The position numbers and the translations under genes were made by a program. Positions 33,761 through 47,711 of a stretch of 64,000 nucleotides of DNA are shown in pieces. Source of the stretch: Convolutriloba macropyga (lineage: Eukaryota); assembly GCF_964194025.1 (NCBI RefSeq), contig NC_134472.1:22878001-22942000 (forward strand). The letters run 5' to 3'. The notes beneath the pieces are model-generated. The model was not told the DNA's origin and searched no databases. It saw nothing but the letters and a program-made list of their open reading frames with translations. How positions within the stretch are numbered: position 1 is the first letter of the stretch; every line of letters starts with the position of its first letter.

Positions 33761-35847
33761 TTCTGAAAGCAGTTTTTTAGTTTGTCATTGATGCGTAAAC
33801 GTATAATAAATACGATGCTGACCGTAGATTTTGTAACGTTCATTTTGAAGCTTTTGTGGACAAATGTAACCACAGCTTCAATTACCCTAAAATTTAGAAT
33901 CCAAATTTTGTTCATTGATAGAAGCTAATTTTCAATTTGTATTTTTTGCTGTTTTTTGCAAATTAAAGTTTCATTCCTTAACGCCTGATTGATTGCTCAC
34001 GAACGAAGTTTGAAGGAAAATTATTGTACGCGTGGTATTTTTTAATGCAAAATTTTTGCTTGGCCGTTTTGACTTTTCGAGTGACTTTTAGGTCCTTACC
34101 TTTTTTCTGCCTGATCTAAATTTCTCCCAAGTGTTGGCTGCTGAACTTAAGTGGTGGCAGTTCACTACTAAAAGTCAAATTAAAAAGGCGCCAAAAGCAT
34201 TGCAACTTTTTCACCTAATTTTTCAATCGATATTTCGTTTTGGCTGATTTTTTATAGTCATCTGTTAACGTAATCCACGGGAATTTGTTCGTTTCGTTTG
34301 TTCATACAGAAGTAAGTTGTACAAGTAATATATTTTCACTTAGTCTTTACTCGCTTTGCCGCTACACCCTTAATAGACTTACACGCAGAAAAGCTACCTT
34401 GAGTGCAAGGTATTTCTTAGGCAAGGTATTTCTTTAGCGCTCGAGCTTTCTTTGCACCAACTTTCGAGAGCTGCCAGGAATTTCTGAAAACCAACAAATG
34501 CTTTAAAATTTGTTGTTTCAAAGTCCGAATATCTAATTACTGAGCTAGTTTTCTCAGGTGTAAAAATAGGAGCATAGTTGAAAAAAAATTATGGGGCAGA
34601 TCAATTTCTTTGGAAAATTAATTAGCATGAACTGCTCTTGAAATTTTTTGAAGCTACTATTGTATCAGTATGTGTCTTTTTTTTACAAAACCAAAGCTGA
34701 ATATTGGTTTTTGATCCGCTTTTTTTAAATTCAAACAGTTCGAATTGTTTTCTGGGGTTCTGTCGTTTTTTGTTTCCACATATTTATGGTTTTTGAAATC
34801 AAATTGCAGTGGTGATTTTGACCACGGTGAAGTAGTAAAGGAGTTCTAATGCGTGCAATTTCCAAGTCTTTTTGAGGTCTAGTTTATTGTTTAATTCGTT
34901 GATTTGTCACCTCACTCAGAAAACTGATTCTTACTCTGAAGTTCAGTTCAATTTAGTACGCATTTTCAGCCACTTACAAGTAGAAAAAGTCACGTTCGGA
35001 TGGTTTTGGTTCGTATTCTTCTAACCGGAACGCCCTTGAACAACTCGTTCGACGGTAGTTGGTAATGTTACATGATCAGTGGCAAAAAGGATTAGTTGTC
35101 AGAAAAAGATTTCAACTCCATATTTTATCGGCATTTGATTTTCAAATATTTGCAAATATCTGTTTAAAAGCCTCGAAGCGATAGCTGAGGCTATTATTGG
35201 CCTTCTTTTGGTTTTTTATTTCGTCAAGATTATTGTTACGACCATATGCCGTCACAATCTCTTCAAGTCTTCTTTTTGCTCATTCGTTCGTGCAATTTCA
35301 ACTGAATGGCGTGCGTGACGTCAGTTTTTACTCTTTGCGGAGCGAATTTTTTGTTCATTTGCGTGATAAGGTTTTGGTAACACGTGATTTACCTCACTCT
35401 CAAAATGACTTCCTCGATGTGAAATTGACTTTTCTTTACTTTAATTCAAAGAGATAAAGTCAAGTAAGTGTATATCGCTCTGATTGGAGGTTATTTAAGA
35501 GCAGCTTATAGATGCAGCAATAAGTTATACAGATTCTTAATCAAAGTATAACATCTCAGCCTTTAGTGAAAACAATATACTTGTTTTTTGATCTTTTTTT
35601 ACTTTCTTTTTGAGACTGCAGATATACGAAGCTATTGTGACAAATTTCCTGCAAAGTGTCAGCTATGTTTTCATTTTAAAATCTCCTCGCTCATTTGGTT
35701 TTTATATCGCTCCATAAAATACTAAATGTTTTTTGTCTGACATAGAAGCAAAATTTAGAATTTTCAGCCCTTACATTTATCAGCTAGAACTTGGTTTCAA
35801 TTGCTAATCTATCAAGTTAGCCTTTTTAGTTGATTAGAAATGGTTTG

Positions 35848-36197
35848 AATTGTTCTCGAACGACAATAACGCGTTGATCTTTTTCTCATGCAAAATTTTT
35901 GCTTGACCGTTTTCGCACTTTTGTTTTAGAACCTTCTTTAGTGACTTTTTCACGTTTCACTTCATTTTTGAGTGATCTCAATTGCTCTCATTGTTTGTCG
36001 GTAATATAAAAGCGATTGCGAGGGTTGAGGATCAAAGCCGTTGTAGATTAGTGGAGAAGATGTGAGACTGGAATTCGCGGTTTCGAACCCCTGAGGTGGG
36101 AGTTTTGCACTCATAGGAAAATTTCTAAGCTACACCCCCAAATTAAATCGCTCTCCGCCTGTCGTTCGAGAGCATTTCATCCGACGTTAGTCGGTTT
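35848..36197 (+). mobile_element. Non-autonomous Helentron-type (HINE/DINE-1-like) element; relatives at ~7715-8032, 36692-37366, 40606-42130, 49470-49762 and 52089-52381
   Basis: Subterminal inverted repeats AATTGCTCTCrAACGA / TCGTTyGAGAGCAATT followed by a 3' hairpin CCGAC-GTTA-GTCGG and TT. Confidence 0.7.
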
Positions 36198-36462
36198 ATG
36201 TCTGAAGTTTTTTGTGGCCCCAGGGTCGAAATACTGTTTTAATTTCCTGATTTATTGGATGGCTAATCGTAAAAACAGCTTTTATTCCGTTAAACTTTGT
36301 GTTAGTGGTCGAAAGCTACGGCTAGAGTATAAATTCGATGAACTGGAGGAAATGAAAATGGATAATAATGAGGTCCTCGCCGAATTTGACTTTCAAACTA
36401 ATAATTCTTGAACTTAAGTTTAACTGCAAGTGCTTAACTGTGCTGTCCCATTTATTTTTCAG

Positions 36463-36611
36463 AGTACCTCAGTCACGTCTACGCTACTAATGACGTAGTA
36501 GTCATCATGTCCTACACTCAATGGTCCATCAACTCACTAGACTCCCGGAACATTTTCCTCCAGTTAGCCAAGTCGTTTGAAAAGGAGTACGACAATTGGG
36601 ATCATTTACAA
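36463..36611 (+). CDS. TXNDC11: TXNDC11 exon 3 (start of first thioredoxin-like domain)
   Basis: EYLSHVYATNDVVVIMSYTQWSINSLDSRNIFLQLAKSF resembles the TXNDC11 Trx1 region; splice phases fit. Confidence 0.8.
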
Positions 36612-36972
36612 GTCAGTTAAATTTAAAATTTTCAGACAGAAATTTTAGATTTGAAACGGTGGCGTAAATTTTGTGATATTGCAGCTTCATTAATTGCTCT
36701 CAAATGACGTTTGCAGCAATTATATTAGTACTATTGGTCTTTTTTTAATGCGATTTTTCGATTGACCATTTACTTTTTGTCATTCGAAGTGGGACAAATA
36801 GGCAACGTCCGCGGGCGCTAGATATGCTAGATCGTTGTGTAGCTCGCTTAGAGACAGTAGCCTTTAATTGTACGGTTCAGTGAAGCTGCTTAGGAGGGAG
36901 AAATTATGCTGTGGGGGGACACCCACTTTTTTTCACCTGCCCGACCCATGAGGATAGCCACAGTCAAAAACC

Positions 36973-37310
36973 GGTGACCGGACAATAGATCGAAAGGACA
37001 ACAGATCGAAAACAGAGGAATTGGGGCAATAGATCGAAAATTAATCTCTATTCTTATTGGTTGAAATTAAGCATTAATTGCGAGCTGCAATATAATTACC
37101 ACATTATGGCCATGCCTTAGCGGCCCGTGGGACTTGATATGAATCTATCACAACCGAACAAAATATCACAACAGAACATCTTATATGCTGTATAATAAAT
37201 GAGCGCTCAAATCTGATTGGTCAATACGCAATTTAAATAGTTTAATTTTCGATCTATTGTCCCAATTTTCGCTTTCGATCTGTTGTCTTTCGATCTATTG
37301 TCCTAGCACC
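36973..37310. mobile_element. Mutator-like MITE with a 9-bp TSD, nested in a Helentron-type element
   Basis: TIRs GGTG..GGACAATAGATCGAAA with internal repeats; TCAAAAACC duplicated at 36964-72 and 37311-19. Confidence 0.88.
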
Positions 37311-37612
37311 TCAAAAACCGTTCTTAGCCAATCGTTTAAGAGCAATTAGTCCGGCGTTAGTAGGTTACAAGCTAAGATCTATTAATATGTGCTGTTTCTG
37401 TGCAGTCAAATATTTCTAGACATTTCGTGAGTTAAGTTAGCTTTAAGTGAACTAATAAATACTTGATGATGGCAGATGAGAAAAACCTGGATACATACAT
37501 TTAGCAGCTTTCCGTTTTTTGATGTTATATAGCATGTTTGAATTACGTTTGCATTAAGTAAAGTTAACCGGCTTTATACCTTTGAATTGATAGTGAGTGT
37601 AACCGTTTGCAG

Positions 37613-37775
37613 ATTGGCTTCGTGGCCATCAACTGTTGGCTGCCGAAGAGCGAGTGTAGAGACGCCTCAAGGGGTCTGGGGGCATTTCCTCGATTCGTCA
37701 TCTACATCCCGGAGCTTCGCTACCACATTTGGTACAATGGGCCAGTTACTGTCACGGCCTTAAGAAGCGAAATAG
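37613..37775 (+). CDS. TXNDC11: TXNDC11 exon 4
   Basis: FVAINCWLPKSECR...FP...YNGP matches the TXNDC11 FVAINCW...CR...FP...YKGP pattern. Confidence 0.88.
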
Positions 37776-38084
37776 GTCTGTCATTTGTGTGAAATAATTT
37801 GAGAGGTTTTCTGATTTGAAAGACTGCATTGGTTGTTTTTGGCTTAAGCTTGGACTTGTTTGATTTTTCACCATAATTAAATATACCCTCATAGTTAATT
37901 CATACCGTTGTGGAGGGTATCAATTACAGGTGGTGATATTCCACATATTGGCAATTACATTACATAGCAAAACAAAAACTTTCGACGAAGGCTTTGGAAA
38001 AGCTTTTCAGTACCTTCCACTAACAGGGTTTTTATTTGTAGGATGTAAAATTATTACTATATTTCTTTTTCTGATTAGCTTAAC

Positions 38085-39110
38085 GCTACTCCTAAGGACG
38101 ATACCGTTATTATAAATTTTGATACCTCCATTGACAAAAGCAAAATCAAGTTAGAGCAAAATGCAAACAAACTTATTCGATTTTTTCATGAACATCACCT
38201 CACAGTTAATACCTCTAAAACTGAATTCATGATATTTGGTAAGAGCAAAAGAAAAGATTTCAATGAACAGATAATTTTAGATTCAATTCCAATAGACAAG
38301 AAACCTGAAGTAAAATATTTACGGGTTCACATAGACAGCAATTTAACGTTTCAAGAGGAAGTGAAACATATCTTACGAAAAATGGCCCAAGGAATAAAAA
38401 CAATTTATGCTATTAGAAAATCAATTCCACAAAAACTATTGATACTTGTCCTAAATGCCCTAGTATTAAGTCACTTGCACTACTCAGCGGTTATCATTCA
38501 CGCAATTGAGCAAAATTTAATAATGTCTCTTGAGAAACAGCTTAACTGGTCATTACGAGCAACCTTTTTTAGACAGAAATTTGAATCTGTTCAAGATATT
38601 AAATGCAGTCGGAATATACTACCCGTAAAACTCTTTTTAAAAACAAAAAGATTACAATATTTTTGGAAAATAAAAAAACAGGTACGACCTGCTGTTTCAC
38701 CAACATCGGGACGTCCTTTAATCACCTGGAATCTTCATGAGTCTATAAGGACAAAAAAATTGTTCTGGGACCAAAAATTTATCTCTATCAAAAGGCAAAA
38801 CTCGTTTGTTAGATTAGCGATACTAGATTGGAATGAACTACCCAGCGAAATTAAAATCAAACTAGACAAAAAAAGCTTCCCCAAGCAACTTAGAACTTTT
38901 TTCTCCTCAGCTTACAAAAGGAACCCTTTTTTGTGGAAGGTTACTTGTTCAACATGGCGTGACTTTAAATTTGGAAAATGAATTAGAACTACTGTTTACT
39001 GGTTGGGTTGACTTTATAAACTTAATTAATTTTATTTTGAGATATGCGACTTAATTTGAATTTAACTCAAGTTTTCTATTATAATATGTAAATAATAAAT
39101 CCATTTAAAT
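38085..39110 (+). mobile_element. 5'-truncated LINE (RT C-terminal region and 3' tail)
   Basis: KTEFMIFG...VKYL.VHIDSNLTF...NALVLSHLHYS...WNELP motifs of a CR1-group ORF2; followed by (TA)n at 39178-39212. Confidence 0.82.
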
Positions 39111-39171
39111 AATTACACTGACGGACTAATATCAATTGTACTCGTTGATGTAGATCGGAATTCAGTGTTTT

Positions 39172-39215
<44 letters not shown>

Positions 39216-39487
39216 TGCCGAAAAGTGGGGGTAGTTCCAAGTGTTCATATTAATTTTTTTCCAAAGGCATGAATCGTTAACTAATTGTATAAATAAAAGG
39301 GCCGAACGTCTTGGTCTTAATCGCCATGTTTAAACGTTTATCTCGCGATTCTTATATGTTATGTTATGTTAAGTTGGTTCATTGCCTGTAGCTGTAGGGC
39401 CATTTCTTTGGTTCTGGAAATTTAATTTTTCTGCAAGCTCCATTTGACCTTCCAATGAGTGCAGTCAAGCGTCGGTTAATGTTTCAG

Positions 39488-39645
39488 CGCGTCTCTTAAG
39501 CCCTTACACAGTTTTATCAAGCTTATCCGAGTTTAGAAGTTCACTAGTTACCGACTCCAACGCAGCCTTAGTCATAATACCCTCCAAATCCAGCCTCTCT
39601 TCAGCTGAGGGCCAGTCAACTCTACTAGCTCATCTTCTTGGGACG
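39488..39645 (+). CDS. TXNDC11: TXNDC11 exon 5
   Basis: TTTCAG / GTGAGT boundaries; ARLLSPYTVLSSLSEF; phases fit. Confidence 0.75.
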
Positions 39646-39974
39646 GTGAGTTGATAACATGTTTTTGCTTACGTCCCTAGGAACATTGCTGAGCTGTGAG
39701 TTTTGTTTTCAGGTGAAATGTGTGTGATCAAGTTTTTAAAGTGACGAATGATTGGTTTTTTCCTTCAACCCCACACCCTCCCACCTATTTGTCGGCATAA
39801 AGCGTGTATAGCCCCATCATTTTAAATATACCTCATGATTGGCTATAAACTAAGAATCCCTATTTCCGTCTTTTAATTAGTGTTGTTTTGCGCTCTTGAA
39901 GCGGAAATTTCTTTTATCAATTGAGTTGCCTAATTCAAGGTTTCAACGTTGATAACACCTGACTGTTGTTTTAG

Positions 39975-40109
39975 CTGTACCAGCTGTCTCTGAAGATGTC
40001 CCCTATGGTACAGAGTTCTCCATGGAGTGTGCCCAAAATTACACTAGTAACAAATGACTCGTTAACCACTCATATATGCTCCGTTGATTGTGGTTTCGAT
40101 ATTGCAACG
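39975..40109 (+). CDS. TXNDC11: TXNDC11 exon 6
   Basis: TTTTAG / GTAATG boundaries; open frame, phase 0 at both ends. Confidence 0.72.
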
Positions 40110-40605
40110 GTAATGTTTTTAATTGCTCTCGAACGAAGTTTGAAGCTATTAAATATAGTCGTGGTTGTCTATTGCAAAATTTTAACTTGACCGTTCTAGA
40201 GTATTCCTTCGCTCGTTTGAGCGATTTTTAATTGCTCTCAAACAAAGTTTTTTATGCGGTTCTTCGCTTGGCCATTTTCTGTCTGGCCATTTAACTTTTC
40301 GTCTCAAAAACAAGATAAATAGGTAAAGCCCGGAGGGCATTAAATGGTGGAGCTGCTCTCTTAGAGATTAACACCTTTATAGTCTTTAAGTATGCATTCA
40401 ACAAAACTGTTTTGGGGAGACATTTTTATGGTGTGAAGGCTGGTTCGACCCCCATCACTTGATCCCCCCATGCTAGCATCAATGAGGCATAGCTGGCGAC
40501 TACCGAACCCAACCTCTCGCTGGTCTTTTGAGCTCGATACAATTCAGTTATTAATAACCGCAAAGCGATAGCTGGGGCTATATTATTGGTCTTCTCTTTG
40601 TTTTT

Positions 40606-42130
40606 AATTGCTCTCAAACGAAGTTTATAGCAATAGCAATTATATTAGACCTCTCGCTCTTTTTTATGCGACTTTTCATTTGACCGATTTTTCGTCTGAC
40701 GTTTTTGACTTTTTGTCCTCAAAAACGGGATAAACAGGTACGCCCAGCGGGCATTAAGTGCTCTTAGAGCCTTTCAGCTCTGTTTCAGCTCAAACTCTTT
40801 CGGAGACTTGTACTTATTGTGTGAAGGGTGGTTCTTAGAGCTTGAAGACACCCCCACTGTTGACCCCCACCCCCCCCCCCCCCGCTATTCCCTCAACTGT
40901 TGCCCAACCCCCTCCCCATCAGCCCCCAGTGCCCCCCCCCCCCCCGTAGCTACGTTCGAACAAACCATTGCTAAAAAAGAGCAATTTTTTACTAGTTTTC
41001 ACAATTTTTTTCAAGCTTTTTTAAATTTTTTTGTCATTTTTCGAGTTCTTTCGTAGGTGTCAAAGAACCCGCTCCAGGGTTTTATAATAACTAACTGCAT
41101 GGTTTCTAGTAGTAGCGGAATGATTTCAACATTTTAACATGAATTTTAGCATTTTTTTGACAAAACGTGCAAATTTTCTCAATTTTTTTTGACATTTTTT
41201 CATTAACCACGTCTTTCCAGACGCAGGGGCCCGAAGACGTCCTTAAGGGTTTGATAATAGATTACTGAAAAAATGTTATTGCCTTTGAATAGCTTTCAAT
41301 CATTTAATAGGACAATTTTTAGCGATTTTTTTCTTTATAAAACTTTCATATTACAAGTTTTTTAAAACTTGTCATTTTTTAGGTTTCTCCAGCCTCAAGA
41401 GCCACATAATCTCCTCTAGGGTTTGATTATAGGTTAATGAATAGCTTCCAGATGTAATGAAATGTTTCTCAAGATTTTATAATTAATTGCATTTTTCCGG
41501 CACCAGGGTCCTAGGTTGCTCATCCAAGGTTTGATTAAAAGCTGTCGCTTAGTTTTTGAAAATAAGGGAATTTTGATCAATATTTTAATGAATCCATCTT
41601 TTGCAATTTTTGATAAAATTTATTTTTCAATTTTTGAAAAATTATCATGTTTCGAGTTTATGGATCTTATTGAGCCAGTGATACTATTTAAAGCTTGAAA
41701 TAGGGATACTGTATGGTCTATTGTGTTAATGAAGTTGTTCTGACGATATTAATATCACGAATTTTTGGTCAAGATTTTGTTAAAATTTGCGATTGTTTTT
41801 AAAATTTATAAAAATTTCATTTTTGTCCTTTTCTGAGTTTAACGATCATTACTGGCCAACAAAGCTTTTCAAGTCTTGCAGATGGGCTACTTGACATAAC
41901 TCAAGAGACAAAAAGTAGTTTTGAATGTGTTCACTGCAAAATCTGGAAGCTTTTATTTTAAATTATGCAATAATTTGCAAATTTTTAAATTTTTATTTGA
42001 TTTATTTCCTAACAAGAAAACTTAAAGTTGCAGAGTCGAATCAAGCTAAAGCTAGCCTCACTAAACCGTGGCTAACTACTCACGAAGCCAGCTGGTCGTT
42101 TGAGAGCAATTCGCCCGACGTTAGTCGGTT
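40606..42130 (+). mobile_element. Longer Helentron-type non-autonomous element
   Basis: Starts TAATTGCTCTCAAACGAAG, ends TCGTTTGAGAGCAATTCGCCCGACGTTAGTCGGTT. Confidence 0.65.
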
Positions 42131-43227
42131 ATGTTTTTTTCGTCTAGATTTTTGCTGCGACCATATGACTGCACAATCACTTCAAATCTGAGGAGCTTAA
42201 AATCTAAATATGCGATTTCAACAATACTTTGATGCGACAATATCATGCTGTGAAGGGCGAATCTTAAAATGAGACCCCCCCCCCCCTCAGACACCCCTTC
42301 CACCTTCCATTCACCCCTCCCCCCAATATTCCCCTTCTGCGCTCCTCCACCTGGCGATTTGAACTCCCCTCTCGTTCAGCCCTCCCAGCCCTAACCCCTC
42401 CCATCACTTACTCCCCCCACACTAATGGTAGCATCACTGAGACCAAGCCGGCTGCTAACGAAGGCAACCGCTCGCAGGTCGTTTGAGAGCAATTCGACTG
42501 ACGTTAGTCTGTTATTTTTGAACTTTTTGAGAAACTTTTTTACTCTTGACTTTTTGTGTGATCGGAATTGCTCCATTTTAAGATGAAGCCGCGATTTTCT
42601 CGATATTTTAGTTCAGAAAGTCTCGGGGAAAAAGTGCCGGAATTGTTTAGTCTTTTTCCTTTCAAATAATGGTATTCTGAATTAAGTTCGAATAACATCT
42701 TTTGAAGTCAATGTGAAGTTGTATGCTGTGACCGTTGCTGAAATTTGGTGATCTTGGCATTTCAATCCAAAGAATTTGGATTTGACGGGTACTGCCTTCT
42801 CAAGATCTCTTTGCACTTTTTTCAAGTCAATTTGGTGTGACCAAAGTATTATTCGAGTAGTCATTTCAATCACGCCAAGTAGTAAAGATAGCAAATGGCT
42901 TTAGGGCTAAATTTATAAATTAATTTTAAATTAGTTTATCTGTTTTCACTGCTTTTCACTAGATCTTTTCATAAATGCTTCGAAAGATCGAAAGATAACT
43001 TTTGAATTGTTTATTTTTATTTTTACCGTCCGTTAGTGCCAATAATGACACCTCTCCTTGTTCCGACCCCTCTTGAGGGGGGAGGAACTATATACTCAAA
43101 TGGGTTTTTTTTTTGTTCGGACAATTTTCGCCGATCGATATATTCATCGTAGAAAGTTGAAACTGGTATCATTGGAAAGCTCGTCCAACGTAGAATATGG
43201 AATTAAAAAGGTTTTTCTCATTTTCGT

Positions 43228-45655
43228 CTTTTACAGGGAGTTATCGAGGTTTAAACTGAGAAAAGTAGAGTGAATTCCGTTGTTTTTATTCACATTTTTC
43301 GAAATTTTTGCCAAAATTTTCGTCAATTTTGCTAAAATTTGTTAAAATTTTAAGAATGGTGTTGTTGATTTTATTTAAAAGACAAAAGTATTGTTGATTA
43401 TTCTGATTTATTTCAAAAATTCGGGCTAAGTATTTCAAAATTCAGCCTTTTCATCAAAAACAGCACGTAATAAGATTCTTTAGTCCACTTTGAATAGAAT
43501 TGCCGGAAGACACCCCCAACTAATACAATCTTTGTAGACTCAAAAGGTGGCTATTGCTACTTCAATTTCTGTTGAGAGTTCTCTGTAATCAAAACTATGC
43601 CTTTTTTTGCTAACTTTACTCGTTGATTATCAAAAACGTAGCATTTATTTTTGAATTTTTAACTAAAATATTATCTATATCTATTGCATTCGAAAAATTA
43701 AATGATCCTAATGGACGAATAGCATTAGCAGAGCTAATTTTGGACCGATCTTGGATTGTTGCAATCCAAAAAGAATTCGGATTGTAATTAGTCGGTCTTT
43801 TTTTTAAAAAAAAAATTGATCTTTTTTATATTAAATAAAGAACAGAACATATGAAATCAAAGCTCAGGAGTGATAGGTCCAATTGGTTTTCTAAGCAGCT
43901 CCAAGCTATTGCCTTTGGTTTTTTACTTGGAAGCTAATGGTCGTTTTGACTCTTAAAAATATCTGATTTTTAAATAAATAATGGCTTAATGAACTTTTCC
44001 TCTATTTTTCTCTCTTAATTTGGTCAACTTCTAGCTTAGTGTCAGCAAACAAAGAATGTTTTTCTTTCTACTGATGTGAAATTTTATCTCTATTGCGATT
44101 AAAAGCATTAAGTTATTGTTTTCTGGCTTTGATACTATTAGATTTCAAATTTTTGTTTATTTTTACGTATTTGCCAGTTTTTCACGTTTTCTAGTTTTGT
44201 CAAATTATTACATTATTGACGGTTCTCATATCACATTATTGGCATTCAAAATAAGGCACAATTGAACATATTAAAATCCTGAATGATACGGATTATCGGT
44301 TTAACGGTTTCGACACTCCTTTCTTGAAGAATTTAATTGAATTTTTAATTTTGTCTTTAACTGTCGTTTTTACTTTTTCGTTTGTACTTTGTCGTTTAAG
44401 TCGTTAAAATTTTCCTTTATAATGACACGTTTCATCTGCTTTTACAGGGAGTTATCGAGGTTTAAACTGAGAAAAGTAGAGTGAATTCCGTTGTTTTTAT
44501 TCACATTTTTCGAAATTTTTGCCAAAATTTTCGTCAATTTTGCTAAAATTTGTTAAAATTTTAAGAATGGTGTTGTTGATTTTATTTAAAAGACAAAAGT
44601 ATTGTTGATTATTTTGATTTATTTCAAAAATTTGGGCTAAGTATTTCAAAATTCAGCCTTTTCATCAAAAACAGCACGTAATAAGCTTCTTTAGTCCACT
44701 TTGAATAGAATTGCCGGAAGACACCCCCAACTAATACAATCTTTGTAGACTCAAAAGGTGGCTATTGCTACTTCAATTTCTGTTGAGAGTTCTCTGTAAT
44801 CAAAACTATGCCGTTTTTTCGCTAACTTTACTCGTTGATTATCAAAAACGTAGCATTTATTTTTGAATTTTTAACTAACATATTATCTATATCTATTGCA
44901 TTCGAAAAATTAAATGATCCAAATGGACGAATAGCATTAGCAGAGCTAATTTTGGACCGATCTTGGATTGTTGCAATCCAAAAAGAATTCGGATTGTAAT
45001 TAGTCGGTCTTTTTTTAAGAAAAAAATTGATCTTTTTTATATTAAATAAAGAACAGAACATATGAAATCAAAGCTCAGGAGTGATAGGTCCAATTGGTTT
45101 TCTAAGCAGCTCCAAGCTAATGCCTTTGGTTTTTTACTTGGAAGCTAATGGTCGTTTTGACTCTTAAAAATATCTGATTTTTAAATAAATAATGGCTTAA
45201 TGAACTTTTCCTCTATTTTTCTCTCTTAATTTGGTCAACTTCTAGCTTAGTGTCAGCAAACAAAGAATGTTTTTTCTTTCTACTGATGTGAGATTTTATC
45301 TCTATTGCGATTAAAAGCCTCAAGTTATTGTTTTCTGGCTTTGATACTATTAGATTTCAAATTTTTGTTTATTTTTACGTATTTGCCAGTTTTTCACGTT
45401 TTCTAGTTTTGTCAAATTATTACATTATTGACGGTTCTCATATCACATTATTGGCATTCAAAATAAGGCACAATTGAACATATTAAAATCCTGAATGATA
45501 CGGATTATCGGTTTAACGGTTTCGACACTCCTTTCTTGAAGAATTTAATTGAATTTTTAATTTTGTCTTTAACTGTCGTTTTTACTTTTTCGTTTGTACT
45601 TTGTCGTTTAAGTCGTAAAATTTTTCCTTTAAAATGACACGTTTCATCTGCTTTT
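43228..45655 (+). repeat. Tandem duplication, ~1211 bp x2, within an AT-rich repeat element
   Basis: 43228-44438 is nearly identical to 44439-45655; CTTTT microhomology at the junction. Confidence 0.93.
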
Positions 45656-47711
45656 CAAGGAAAAATAAATGAGCCGATATACTGATATTTGGAGATAGCT
45701 GATGGCTTTCATGACTTTGAAAACAATTTTTTTTCCAAAAAAAATTTTTTATTTCGCAATTTTCTTTTTATTGTCTTTTTGTTTCCTAGTCTCCCTAATT
45801 ACAGTCAAATATGACATTATTCTTTTCAGGGGAAGGCGTCAAAAGGGATTGATGTCACAAAATCTAATATTTTTAAAGAGTTTGTTATGACTGGCTTCGA
45901 CACCGGTTTTTCACAAAAAAAAGTTAATTCATTTGATTTTTGTCATATTTGACGTTCTTTTTGTTGACGCAAGACATATTCTGAGTAATTGTAGGTCTCA
46001 AGGGCTTCCTCTGGACGAAAAACTGAACCTATTTAATTATTTCATTTCGTAATTAATGGATTTCATGACTTTCATTTTATTTCGAAATCAAATCAAAAGT
46101 ATTGCTTACTTTTGCCTTTTTTCTTTTTGCCTACTTGTTACCTAGTCTCCTTAATGAAAAGCCACATACTACATTATCGGTGTTTGGAGAAGGCAAAATT
46201 GAACATTTTCGGGGCCAAAATATGGCTTTACGGCTTCGACACCGTTTTCTGGCAAGGTTTAATTGGATTTTTGGTTTGCCTTTTGTTCTGTCTTAAAAAA
46301 ATCGAATATGGCAGGTCTGAATGCCCTTCTACAGACGCATCGATAATTGTAAATGCAATATTTTAACTGATTTCTAATGGCTTTCATTACTTTGAAACTA
46401 ATTGTTTTAAAAAAATAAGCGAATTTAACTTTACTGTTTTTGTTCTTTTCTGTCAAATTGTTACTACGCCTTATTATGGACTGGCCCCATAACATTTCGA
46501 GGGATTTTCAAGTTATTCTGTTTAGTTTTAGTTTTATCTGACGCTGCGTTGACTTTGTTATTAAGTTCTGTTTTTGGAAACGGACATAAAGTTTTTGATG
46601 TAATTAATGTTTGTTTTTGTTGTTTGATTTTGCTGTTCGTCTTAGCTCGCTTTCTTAATATTGGCATATCTCATCAATCTAGTGCATCATTTTTACTCCA
46701 CCGTGTTATTTGCTTTACAGACTATCTTTTCGTTCGTACTCTATTTTTTTTTTTTGAAAAATACTTAGTTTTTCTTTGGTTTTTTTGGGTTTTTTTGGGA
46801 TTCCCAAAAATAATTTTTGTGTTTTTCTATCTGTTTCTCACTTGGTAGACAATTATGTCAAAATTGTGCATGAGTGGGGTCGGAACCTTATATGCGATCG
46901 CACATTACCGAGCCTTTCTAATGTTGTCTTTCTAATGACGTATGTGGTCTTCTCTTTTAGTTTTCATATCGACCGCATGTTATTTGTTCTTTATTGAAGT
47001 ATAGTTTGAGCTATTTAATGTTATCAGCCCATTTTTTCACAGTAATTGTTTTCAACAAGATAGCAGTTATTTTTTCAAAACATTTAACCGGTTTTTGTTG
47101 ATATTTTTGTTGGTGTCTCTTATTTTTTAGCCACTGGTCTCATGAGCCCTACAATGAGGTTTTTGAAGCTACTGAATTATTGATTTTCATGAGTAAAGTT
47201 TTCAATTGCTCTCAAGCGATGTTTTTAGTAATTATATTAGTCCTGTCGTTCTTTTTATGCGATTTTTCGCTTGACCGATTTTTCGTCTGACCCATTTGAC
47301 TTTGCGTCCTCAAAACGGGATAAACAGGTTGAGCCAGCGGGCATTAAGTTCTATTAGAGCCTTTCAGCTCACTAGTTTCCAAGTCTGCGATTCCCCTTTG
47401 TACTCTGCTGACGTTATGCATAATTAACTGTTCCAACATTTTTCAAAAAAAAGTGTGAATATACATTTGAGGCAGGGGTTTTTTTCTCAGTCAATTTTGC
47501 ACGTTTTGTTTACTCATCGAAGAGAAAGAAATAAAAAACATTTTTTATCTCACAAGAGTGTAGTTTTCATTCATATAAAACGTTTGGGAACCAAATTTGA
47601 TCAAACAAAAGTTACCATCTAAGCTTTCATCGCACAAGTTTTAGCTTATCTGTTAGCATAAATTTTCCTAGCTGTGAGTACAACCAATTTAAATGACTGT
47701 TTTCTTTTCAG

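Noticed and set aside
44828-46997. Numerous short F/L/K-rich ORFs in AT-rich repeats (also 1712-3150 and 56943-59324)
   Set aside because: Low-complexity products of T-rich repeat DNA with no coding signatures.
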